This document shows, piece after piece, positions 30,026-38,571 of a stretch of DNA of 64,000 bases (positions within the stretch are counted from its first letter, which is position 1; each line of letters starts with the position of its first letter). The translations under genes were made by a program, and so were the position numbers. The notes under the pieces are model-generated. The model was given only the letters and a program-made list of their open reading frames with translations. It did no database searches and was not told the origin of the DNA. Source of the DNA: Sandaracinaceae bacterium (lineage in GTDB: Bacteria > Myxococcota_A > Polyangia > Polyangiales > Sandaracinaceae). Location of the stretch: contig JBGAQA010000025.1 in the NCBI GenBank assembly GCA_044220955.1, positions 19,762-83,761 of the forward strand, written 5' to 3'.

Positions 30026-30594
30026 TGCGGCGCGCGGCGATCCTCGTCGTCGCGCTCCTCTCGCTCTCGGCGCTCGCGTCGGGCCAGGACGCGGGCCCCC
30101 CGGCGGTCTCGTCGGACGTCGTGGCACCCGGCGAGCCGGCCGACTTCGACATCGAGGAGACGAGCGGCGTCACCCGCAACCTCCGCGACCTGCGCGGCCG
30201 CGTCGTGATCCTCTGGTACGAAGACCGCGAGCACACCGACACGAACTACGCGCTGAAGCTCGAGCTGCACGAGTTCCTGGTGGACAACCAGCTGACCGGC
30301 GAAGTGACGACGTACGGCGTGGCGAACGTGCTCGGCGTCGACGGCGTGATCCGTGACATGGCACGGACGGCGATCCGCGCGATGGCCCAGCAGTACGGGA
30401 TCCAGATCCTGCTCGACTGGGACGGCGTGCTCCAGCGCGCGCCCTTCGACTGCGCGGATCACGAGGCGAACTTCCTCCTCGTCGATCGGGAGGGCCGCAT
30501 CCGCTACCGCCACGTCGGCGAGATGATGGGCTCGCACCGCACCGAGATGTACCGCGTGCTGCGCCGCATCCTGCACGAGCACCCCGCCGGCTGA
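30025..30594 (+). CDS. Exported thioredoxin-like (YtfJ/redoxin-like) protein lacking CxxC
   Basis: Signal peptide; LRDLRGRVVILWYED, ILLDWDG and LVDREGRIRY; TGATG overlap with the halogenase. Confidence 0.7.
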   Translation: MRRAAILVVALLSLSALASGQDAGPPAVSSDVVAPGEPADFDIEETSGVTRNLRDLRGRVVILWYEDREHTDTNYALKLELHEFLVDNQLTGEVTTYGVANVLGVDGVIRDMARTAIRAMAQQYGIQILLDWDGVLQRAPFDCADHEANFLLVDREGRIRYRHVGEMMGSHRTEMYRVLRRILHEHPAG

Positions 30595-30672
30595 CGAGGG
30601 ACGCCTCGGCGATCGCGGGGCGCGAGGTGGGTAGCGGTGGCCGCGCCACGCGTGCGCGTGCATCATGGGCTC

Positions 30673-31686
30673 GTGACCTTCGGCTCGCTTCGAATCGCCC
30701 TGGCCGCGTCGCTCCTCTCGCTCGCGTCGTGCGATCCGGCCCCGGCGATGGACGACGCCGCCGCCCCCGTCGACGGCGGCCCACCCGACCTCGTCACGCA
30801 CGACGTGCGCATCATCGTGGAGCCGAGCGACGACGGCGCCATGCTGGTCGCGGCGATCGACTCTGCGACCGCGTCCGTCCACATGACGATGTACCTGCTC
30901 ACGGATCGGGACGTGATCGACGCGCTCGTGCGCGCCCACGGCCGCGGCGCCGACGTGCGCGTGATCCTCAACCAGGACTTCCCGCCCGGCTTCGTCGACA
31001 ACGCCAGCGCGTTCACGGAGCTCGCCGCCGCCGGGATCCAGGTGCACTGGGCCCCCAGCCGCTTCCAGCTGACGCACGAGAAATGCGTGATCATCGACGC
31101 GCGTGAGGCGTGGATCATGACGATGAACGCCACGACGTCGTCGCCGAGCAGCAACCGGGAGTACCTCGCGGTGGACCACGAGCCGGTGGACGTGCGCGAC
31201 GCCGAGATGATCTTCGAGGCCGACTTCGCGGACCGCGACGTGCCGAGCTACGCGGGGCCGCTCCTCGTGTCGCCGCTGAACGTGCAGGCGCGCCTCTTCG
31301 ATCTGCTCACGCACGCCACGAGCTCCATCGATCTCGAGGGCGAGGAGCTGAGCGACACGAACGTCGTCAACGCGCTGGTCGGCGCGCACGGCCGTGGCGT
31401 CGTGGTCCGCGTCCTGCTGGAGGGCGGCTCGCTCACGTCCGCGCAGCAAGCCGCGGTGACGAACCTGACGAACGCGGGGATCCCCGTCCGCCAGCTCACG
31501 ACGCCGGACATCCACGCGAAGGCGATCGTCGTGGACGGCGCGCTCGCCTACGTCGGCTCGATCAACTTCACGTCCGCCTCGATCACGCGCAACCGCGAGC
31601 TGGGGATCGTCACCGACGACGCCGCCGCGGTGATGACCGTGAGCACGACGATCGCCGCCGACTTCGCCGCGGGGCGTCCGTTCTGA
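30673..31686 (+). CDS. Phospholipase D-superfamily lipoprotein (two HKD motifs)
   Basis: LASC lipobox; HEKCVIID and HAKAIVVD...GSIN...NRE. Confidence 0.9.
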   Translation: MTFGSLRIALAASLLSLASCDPAPAMDDAAAPVDGGPPDLVTHDVRIIVEPSDDGAMLVAAIDSATASVHMTMYLLTDRDVIDALVRAHGRGADVRVILNQDFPPGFVDNASAFTELAAAGIQVHWAPSRFQLTHEKCVIIDAREAWIMTMNATTSSPSSNREYLAVDHEPVDVRDAEMIFEADFADRDVPSYAGPLLVSPLNVQARLFDLLTHATSSIDLEGEELSDTNVVNALVGAHGRGVVVRVLLEGGSLTSAQQAAVTNLTNAGIPVRQLTTPDIHAKAIVVDGALAYVGSINFTSASITRNRELGIVTDDAAAVMTVSTTIAADFAAGRPF

Positions 31687-31747
31687 GCCGCCGAGCGCGG
31701 ACGCGACGCCTCCGCGACGGGGGCGCGTCCCGCCCGGGCGCGGGCGA

Positions 31748-32848
31748 TCATCCGAAGTCGATGCAGCACCCGGTGATGCAGAACTGCCCTGCGGGGCAGA
31801 TCGGGTCGATCGGCAGCCCGCATGGCTGCACGCCCGCCGGGCAACGCATCGGAACGCTCGAGTCCACCGGCGGCACGTACGCGTCGGGGTGGCCGCCGTC
31901 CGGGTACGGCGCGTCGGGGATGTTCGCGTCGTTCGGGGGTACCGCCGCGTCGGTGCTCGGGAAGCAGTCGGCCGGCAGCGTGTCGCGACCGAAGCAGAGC
32001 TCGCAGTGCTCGCAGGTGTTGAGACAGTCGGCGACGGGCGTGCAGGGCCGGCACGACGCCGGGTCGGTGAGTGTGTCGCGCGAGCAGGCGTCGTGGCCGG
32101 CGTCCGGGTTCGAGCCGACGAAGACGTAGTCCCCCGAGCCGGGGGTGATCTCGCAGCAGCCGAAGCAATCACAGCCGTTCGGGGTGAGCGGGCCGCAGAC
32201 GTCGTGGCACATCGCGGTCTGCGTCGGCGGGCAGACGGAGGTGTTGGCGGCCTGGGCCGCGTCGTACGCGCAGCGGGTGAGCCCGCCGGGGCCGCCGGGG
32301 TTCACGTCGGGGCTGAGCATGTCGCAGCGGTAGTCGTAGGTGCAGCCGTCGTTGCCGCCGCCGCCGTCCTGGTCGTAGAAGCAGTCGGCGCTGCAGTTCG
32401 TGAGCGAGATCCCGGGGATCATGGGGTTGAACCCCGCCTCGTTGTTGCCGCAGGGGCCGAGGCAGTCGGGATCGAGCGCATCGACGAGGCCGTCGCCGTC
32501 GTCGTCGGTGCAGTTGCCGCACTGGTAGAGGTGGGTCTGACAGAACGCCTGGAAGCAGCCGCCGGGGCCGACGTCGAAGCCGTTGCCGTCGGGACCGGGC
32601 GTGCCGGTGTCGACCGCGGGCGTGCCGGTGTCCGGCAGGAGCGGGGCGTCGAGTCCGTTCCCGTCGTTCGTGTTGAACGCGTCGACGGGAACCACGGGCG
32701 CGTCGATGCCGTTGCCGTCGTTGCGCAGGTTGGCATCCATCTGCAGCCCCGAGTCGGCGCTCGGCTCGACGCCCGAGCTGCAGGAGCAGCCGGCGGCGAG
32801 CGAGAGGATCGCGACGACGATGCACGAGATGACGAGCGTGGCGCGCAT
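31748..32848 (-). CDS. Cys/Asp-rich myxobacterial-type lipoprotein
   Basis: AAGCSCS lipobox; DA/DTG linkers; YQCGNCTDDDGDGLVDALDPDCLGPC and PNGCDCFGCC. Confidence 0.8.
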   Translation of the reverse strand: MRATLVISCIVVAILSLAAGCSCSSGVEPSADSGLQMDANLRNDGNGIDAPVVPVDAFNTNDGNGLDAPLLPDTGTPAVDTGTPGPDGNGFDVGPGGCFQAFCQTHLYQCGNCTDDDGDGLVDALDPDCLGPCGNNEAGFNPMIPGISLTNCSADCFYDQDGGGGNDGCTYDYRCDMLSPDVNPGGPGGLTRCAYDAAQAANTSVCPPTQTAMCHDVCGPLTPNGCDCFGCCEITPGSGDYVFVGSNPDAGHDACSRDTLTDPASCRPCTPVADCLNTCEHCELCFGRDTLPADCFPSTDAAVPPNDANIPDAPYPDGGHPDAYVPPVDSSVPMRCPAGVQPCGLPIDPICPAGQFCITGCCIDFG

Positions 32849-32867
32849 TGGTCCAGAATAGCCGCGT

Positions 32868-34718
32868 TCAGGCCCCGATGGCGTGTTTTCGCATCCAGGC
32901 GTCGAGCACGACGAGCGCCCAGAGGCCCTTGGCGTGGTCGCCGCGACGCGCCGCGTGGGCGTCGGCGAAGCGACGGAATGCATCGCGCTCGAGGACGGAC
33001 CAGCAGGGCGAGTCGCGCAGGATCGCGCGTAGGCGCGGCGCGAGCGGGCCGCGCAGCCACGCGGCGAGCGGGACCGAGAAGCCGTGCTTGCCGCGCTCGA
33101 GGATCGACGGCGGCAGCGCGTGCTCGCTCGCGCGGCGCAGGAGCCACTTGCCCACCGGGCCGCGAACCTTGTCGCGCGAGGGGATGCGACGCGCGAGCGC
33201 GACCACGTCCTCGTCCAGGAACGGCGGCCGCGCCTCGAGGCCGTGCGCCATGCTCGCGCGGTCGACCTTGGTCAGCACCGATCCCGGCATGTACGTGCGG
33301 AAGTCCAGCGCGCTGGCGAGCGCGATGGGATCCGGGGCGTCGACCGGCTCCGCGAGCGTCCCCGGCCGCACGAAACGCGCGCCCATCGCCTCGCGCAGCT
33401 CCGGCAGATCGAGCGCGCTCATCCAGCGCAGGTGCCGCGTCTTGGGGTCGTCGTCCCAGCGGCCGAGGAAGCGCTTCACCTTCCAGTCGAGGGCCTGGTA
33501 GCGGTCGCTGGCCGGGATCCTCTCGAGCAGCGCGCGCGCACGCCGGGATCGAAACAGCGGCGTGATGGGCCGCAAGAGGCGCGCGTGCAGCACGTGCGCG
33601 CGGTACGTCGGGTAGCCGCCGAAGAGCTCGTCCGCGCCGTCGCCGCCGAGCGCGACCTTCACGTGCCCCGCGGCGAGCCGGCAGAGCACGTACGTCGGCA
33701 GGATCGAGTGGTCCCCGAGCGGCTCGTCGAGGTGATCGAGCACGCGATCGACGTTCTCGAGCAGCGCCGCCTCGCCGAGCTTCTGCTCGACGTGCTCGAG
33801 GCCCAGGTGCGCCGACATGCGGCGCGCGTGCGCGCTCTCGTCGAAGCTGGCGTCGTCGAACGCGATGCAGAAGGCCTGGAGCTTCGTCTTGCTCCGGCGC
33901 GCGGCGAGCGCGGCCACGCACGAGCTGTCGAGCCCGCCGGAGAGGAACACGCCGAGCGGGACGTCGCTCATCAGCTGCGACTCGACGGCGCGATCGAGCG
34001 TCTCCCAGAGCTCGCGCGGCGTCGGCGGCGGCCCCGGCTCGGGCGCCGGGACGTACGAGCGCCGCTCCCACGCCCGCCCGACGCGCCCGACCAGCGACTC
34101 GCCTGGTGCGAGCTTCTCGACGCCCTCGATCAGCGTGTGTGGCGGGTGCGCGTAGTCGGAGAAGAGGTACGACGCGAGCCCCGCGTCGCTCACCTTCCGC
34201 TTCACCTCGGGCACACGGAGGATCGCCGAGAGCTCCGACGCGAAGGCGATGCCGCCGCCCGGCAGGTGCGCGACGTAGAGCGGCTTGATGCCGAAGCGAT
34301 CGCGGCAGAGCAGTACCGTCCCGTCGCGCTGATCGAACGCGCAGAACGCGAACATCCCGTGCAGCTCCGCCGCGATGCGCTCCCCCCAGCGAGCGAACCC
34401 GGCGACGATCACCTCGGTGTCGCTCCGGGTGTGGAAGCGGGCGCCCTCCTTCTCGAGCAGCGCGCGGGTGCGGAGGTGGTCGTAGATCTCGCCGTTGAAC
34501 GACACGATCGCGTGCCGCTCCGCGTCTTGCATCGGCTGCGCGCCGGTCTTCAGGTCCACGATCGAGAGGCGCCGGTGCCCGAGCGTGGCGACGCGTCCGT
34601 TCGCGATGCTCACTTGCACGCCCTCGCCGTCGGGCCCGCGGTGCGCGATCGCGCGGCACATCTCGCGCACGAGCGCCTCGCGCGGCTCGCTCCCGATGAT
34701 GCCCGCGATCCCGCACAT
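32868..34718 (-). CDS. asnB: Asparagine synthase (glutamine-hydrolysing)-family amidotransferase
   Basis: MCGIAG N-terminal nucleophile, HRGPD, RRLSIVD, FNGEIY, LSGGLDSS, GDGADELFGGY and KVDRASM. Confidence 0.93.
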   Translation of the reverse strand: MCGIAGIIGSEPREALVREMCRAIAHRGPDGEGVQVSIANGRVATLGHRRLSIVDLKTGAQPMQDAERHAIVSFNGEIYDHLRTRALLEKEGARFHTRSDTEVIVAGFARWGERIAAELHGMFAFCAFDQRDGTVLLCRDRFGIKPLYVAHLPGGGIAFASELSAILRVPEVKRKVSDAGLASYLFSDYAHPPHTLIEGVEKLAPGESLVGRVGRAWERRSYVPAPEPGPPPTPRELWETLDRAVESQLMSDVPLGVFLSGGLDSSCVAALAARRSKTKLQAFCIAFDDASFDESAHARRMSAHLGLEHVEQKLGEAALLENVDRVLDHLDEPLGDHSILPTYVLCRLAAGHVKVALGGDGADELFGGYPTYRAHVLHARLLRPITPLFRSRRARALLERIPASDRYQALDWKVKRFLGRWDDDPKTRHLRWMSALDLPELREAMGARFVRPGTLAEPVDAPDPIALASALDFRTYMPGSVLTKVDRASMAHGLEARPPFLDEDVVALARRIPSRDKVRGPVGKWLLRRASEHALPPSILERGKHGFSVPLAAWLRGPLAPRLRAILRDSPCWSVLERDAFRRFADAHAARRGDHAKGLWALVVLDAWMRKHAIGA

Positions 34719-34730
34719 GGAAGCGGAGCC

Positions 34731-35774
34731 CTATTCGCTCGGGCGCGAGAGCGAGCGCACCGCGGGGAAGCCGATGCGGCGCGCGATCGGATACGGCGCA
34801 CGACCCTGCGACTCGAAGTACGTGCGGACGACGAGCTCCGCGAGCAGGCCTAGCCCGAGGGACTGCACACCGAGCAGCCCGGAGATGAGCGCGATGTTGA
34901 AGAGCGGGTTCCGGTGGACCCACACGCCGTCGGCGAACTTCTCGTAGAGCACGAGCGCCGAGAGCGCGGCCGCCAGCCCCATCATCCCGACGCCGGCGCC
35001 ACCGAACACGTAGATGGGCTTGGTCGCGAAGCGGCGGAGAAACCAGACGGTGAGCAGATCGAGGAGCACCTTCACGGTGCGCGAGAGGCCGTACTTGCTC
35101 ACGCCGGCAACGCGCGCGCGGTGGCCCACCTCGAGCTCGCTCACGCGCGCGCCCTGGCTCTCTGCGAGCGGCACGAGGAAGCGGTGCATCTCGCCGTAGA
35201 GGCGGATCTCGTCGGTGATCTCGCGCTCGTAGACCTTCAGCGAACAGCCGAGGTCGTGGATCTTCGTTCCGGTGACCCAGCGGATGAACCAGTTGGCGAT
35301 GCGCGAGGGGACCTTGCGCAGGAACATCCCGTCCTTGCGATCCCGCCGCCAGCCGGTGACGACGTCGAAGCCCTCGTCGAGCTTCGCGAGCAACCGCGGG
35401 ATGTCGGCCGGATCGTTCTGGCGATCGGCGTCCATCGTCACGACGCGGCGGCCGGTCGCGTGGCGGAAGCCGGCGTCGAACGCCGCGGCCTGGCCGCAGT
35501 TGCGCCGGAACACCACCACGCGCAGCCAGGCCTTGTCACCGGCGAGCTTCTCGAGCAGCTCGCGCGAGCCATCACGGCTACCGTCGTCGACGGCGATCAC
35601 CTCGAAGCCGATCTTCGCGCCGCTCAGCGCGGCCTCGATCTCGTCGAGCAGCGGAACCAGGTTGTCCTTCTCCTCGAAGATCGGCAGCACGACGCTCAGC
35701 TCGGGCGGCAGAGCGTCGCGCCCCGCGCCGCTGGCTTCCTTGCCCGCCGTCTCTCGCTGCTCTGCCGCGCTCAT
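34731..35774 (-). CDS. GT2 polyprenol-phosphate glycosyltransferase (ArnC/GtrB/DPM1-like)
   Basis: VDDGSRDGS, MDAD, HDLGCSLK, EMHRF and SKYG; two C-terminal TM helices. Confidence 0.92.
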   Translation of the reverse strand: MSAAEQRETAGKEASGAGRDALPPELSVVLPIFEEKDNLVPLLDEIEAALSGAKIGFEVIAVDDGSRDGSRELLEKLAGDKAWLRVVVFRRNCGQAAAFDAGFRHATGRRVVTMDADRQNDPADIPRLLAKLDEGFDVVTGWRRDRKDGMFLRKVPSRIANWFIRWVTGTKIHDLGCSLKVYEREITDEIRLYGEMHRFLVPLAESQGARVSELEVGHRARVAGVSKYGLSRTVKVLLDLLTVWFLRRFATKPIYVFGGAGVGMMGLAAALSALVLYEKFADGVWVHRNPLFNIALISGLLGVQSLGLGLLAELVVRTYFESQGRAPYPIARRIGFPAVRSLSRPSE

Positions 35775-35902
35775 CGGTCCGGGCGATCGTTGCAGATCCC
35801 CGCGCCGGCGGCCAGAGAACGCGGCCGACGGGCGGCGAAAGAAAGCTGCAAGGTCTGGCTCGTATCCATGTTCGAGAGCCGGATGGACCGGCAGAGGAGA
35901 AG

Positions 35903-36349
35903 ATGGAAGCCATGAACAAGCCCCTCGCGTCGCTGCTGGTCGCCCTCACGCTCGCGCTCGGCGCCGCCCCGGCGCTCGCCCAGGACGCGACCCCGGCCCA
36001 CCCGCACCACGGCCACCCGGGCGCGCGCCCCTTCTCGCCCGAGGCGATGGAGCGCCGCCTCGCGCACCTCACCGAGCGCCTCGCGCTCGACGCGCACCAG
36101 GTCACCTCGGTCCGGCAGATCCTCGAGGCCACCCGCGCCCAGGCCGAGGCGCTCCGCACCACGGGCACGCCGGGCCCGGAGCGCCGCCAGCAGTTCCGCG
36201 CGCTGCTCGAGAGCTCCCGGGAGCAGATCGACGCGGTCCTGAGCGAGCCGCAGCGCGCCCAGTTCGCCGCCATGATCGCCGAGCGACGCGCGCGGATCCG
36301 CGGACGGATGGAGGAGCGATGCGCTCATCGCGCGGGCCCCGGCATCTGA
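35903..36349 (+). CDS. Spy/CpxP-like periplasmic protein
   Basis: Signal peptide (ALA-Q); LALDAHQ and VLSEPQR LTxxQ-like motifs; helical; upstream of an OmpR/HK pair. Confidence 0.7.
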   Translation: MEAMNKPLASLLVALTLALGAAPALAQDATPAHPHHGHPGARPFSPEAMERRLAHLTERLALDAHQVTSVRQILEATRAQAEALRTTGTPGPERRQQFRALLESSREQIDAVLSEPQRAQFAAMIAERRARIRGRMEERCAHRAGPGI

Positions 36350-36478
36350 CCCACGCGCGTATGCTGTGCGGGTCGATGACTCAGAGGCTGTCCCCAAGTC
36401 GACGCGAGCTACGGGCATGATCCGCCGGCCGCGCGAGGCGAGCGGGCGTGAGCCGCGTCGGAGGAGCGGTCGGGCCCC

Positions 36479-37192
36479 GTGACCGATTCACTCGGCACGG
36501 GGCCCGGCGGGCATCCGCCGCGAGGAGCCCAGCGCATCCTTCTGGTCGAGGATGATCCCGACCTCGGAGCCCAGCTTCGCCGCGACCTCGGCAAGGCGGG
36601 CTTCGAGGTCCGCTGGATCGCGGACGGCGACGAGGCCCGGCGCGCCGGCGTCGAGGGGATCGACCTCGTCATCCTCGATCTCATGCTCCCCGGCACCTAT
36701 GGGCTCGATCTGCTCAAGCTGATCCGCGGACAGAGCGAGGTTCCGGTGCTGGTCGTGACCGCCCGCGATCACACGGCCGACAAGGTGCGCGCGCTCGGAC
36801 TCGGCGCGGACGACTACGTGACCAAGCCGTTCTGGCCGGAGGAGCTGCTCGCGCGCGTCAAGGCGCGCCTGCGTCGTCCCGAGCTCAAGAAGGACGGTGG
36901 CAAGAGCGTGCGGGCCGGCTCGCTCGAGGTGCGCGAGAGCGAGCACCGCGCGCTGCTCGATGGCGAGGTGGTCGAGCTCTCCCGCACGGAGCTCGCCGTG
37001 CTCTTCGCGCTCGCGCGTCGGGCCGGACGGCCCGTGGAGCGCGCTCGGATCGCCGAAGAGGCGCTCGACGGCGACGGCGACGCGCGTGGCCTCGACGTCC
37101 ACGTCTCGCGCCTGCGAAAGAAGCTCGGCGCGGAGGGCAAGCGCATCACGACCGTCTGGGGCATCGGCTACCGGCTCGAGACGGACCCGTGA
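36479..37192 (+). CDS. OmpR/PhoB-family response regulator
   Basis: LLVEDD, LDLMLP, GADDYVTKPF, DVHVSRLRKKL and TVWGIGY. Start uncertain. Confidence 0.95.
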   Translation: MTDSLGTGPGGHPPRGAQRILLVEDDPDLGAQLRRDLGKAGFEVRWIADGDEARRAGVEGIDLVILDLMLPGTYGLDLLKLIRGQSEVPVLVVTARDHTADKVRALGLGADDYVTKPFWPEELLARVKARLRRPELKKDGGKSVRAGSLEVRESEHRALLDGEVVELSRTELAVLFALARRAGRPVERARIAEEALDGDGDARGLDVHVSRLRKKLGAEGKRITTVWGIGYRLETDP

Positions 37193-38559
37193 CCGCGCCC
37201 ACGCCCAGCCTGCGGTGGCGCGTGGCCCTCGCGTTGATCGCGGTCGTCGTGCCCACGACGCTCGGGTTCGCGCTGGTCACGTACCGCGCGCGGCGCGAGG
37301 CCCTGCTCGAGAGCACGTACGAGTCGGTGCTCGCGCGCATGGAGAGCGGAGGGCGCGAGCGCTGCGAGGCGCGCGGACCGGACGATCGAGGCCCCCGGGG
37401 TGCGCGGCGGGGCCGCGGCGCCCGCCGCGCGCTGGATCTCGTCACGCGCTACGACGCGTCGCTCCGCCCCGCCGACCCCGGCGCGCCCACGCTCCCCCCC
37501 TCGGTGAGAGCGGCGTTCGACGGGGGCGAGAACGCCGTGCTCGTCGCCGGGACCGCCCGCGGAGGGCCGCGCGTCGCGCTCCGCATGCCGTGGGACCAGG
37601 GTCCCTGCGCGGTGGTCGTGGTCCCGGCTCCGCGCGCGATCGTCGCGGGGGGCTTCGTCCGCGACGTCGTGCTCGCCCTGGTCGTCCTCTTGCTCGCGCT
37701 GCTCGCCGCGACGCTCGCGCTCGGCCCGCCGCTGCGGCGCCTCCGTCAGCTCTCCTCGGCCGTGCAGGCGGCGGACGGCGCCGGGCCGGTCGTGCCCGCG
37801 TCGGCGCGCGGGCGCGACGAGATCGGCGTGCTGGCCGGCGCGCTCGAGCGCTCGGCCGAGCGCGTGCGCGCGCAGATCGGCGAGCTCGAGGCGAGGAGCC
37901 GGGCGCTCGCCGAGTACGTCGACGGCACGACGCACGATCTCGCGCTGCCGCTAACGGTGATCCAGGGACATCTCGCGGCCCTCGGGCAGGACGCCGCGCG
38001 CGGCGCGCCGGCCAGCGAGGACGACGTGCGCGGCGCCGCCGCGTCCGCGAACTACCTCGCGCAGCTCGCGGCCAACCTCGCCGCCGCCGCGCGCCTCGAG
38101 GGCGGCGTCACGCCCGAGCGGCGTCCGGTGGACGTCGGCGTCCTCGTCCAGCGCGTGCTCGCGCGCCTGGCGCCGATCGCGCGTCACCGGCAGGTAGAGC
38201 TCGCCGCCGCGCTGCCCGACGCGCCCGCCATGCTCGAGGGGGACGAGCTCCTGCTCGAGCGCGCGCTCGCGAACCTCGTCCACAACGCGATCCGTCACCG
38301 CGGGACGGACGCCGGGAACGTGGCGGTGATCGTCCGCGGCGCTCCCTTGCGCGTCACGGTCAAGAGCGACGGGGCGAGGATCGACGACGACGCGCTCGCC
38401 TCGCTCCGCGAGGGCCGAGTCCCCCCCGACCACGCCCGCACGCGTGGCCGCGGCCTCGGCCTCTCGATCGTGCGCAAGGTCGCCGCGCTGCACGCGCTCC
38501 GCGTCGACTTCGACCGCGGCGAGGACGGCGCGCTCGAGGTCAGCCTCGGTCCGAGGTGA
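37189..38559 (+). CDS. HAMP-domain sensor histidine kinase
   Basis: Two TM helices, DEIGVL HAMP, THDLALPLT H-box, NLVHNAIRH N-box and GRGLGLSIV G2-box. Confidence 0.93.
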   Translation: MTAPTPSLRWRVALALIAVVVPTTLGFALVTYRARREALLESTYESVLARMESGGRERCEARGPDDRGPRGARRGRGARRALDLVTRYDASLRPADPGAPTLPPSVRAAFDGGENAVLVAGTARGGPRVALRMPWDQGPCAVVVVPAPRAIVAGGFVRDVVLALVVLLLALLAATLALGPPLRRLRQLSSAVQAADGAGPVVPASARGRDEIGVLAGALERSAERVRAQIGELEARSRALAEYVDGTTHDLALPLTVIQGHLAALGQDAARGAPASEDDVRGAAASANYLAQLAANLAAAARLEGGVTPERRPVDVGVLVQRVLARLAPIARHRQVELAAALPDAPAMLEGDELLLERALANLVHNAIRHRGTDAGNVAVIVRGAPLRVTVKSDGARIDDDALASLREGRVPPDHARTRGRGLGLSIVRKVAALHALRVDFDRGEDGALEVSLGPR

Positions 38560-38571
38560 CACGAGCTCCGC

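Noticed and set aside
32868..34718. AsnB-like gene as a lasso-peptide cyclase
   Set aside because: It has an intact N-terminal Cys glutaminase domain and glycosyltransferase neighbours; no B protein, RRE or precursor seen.
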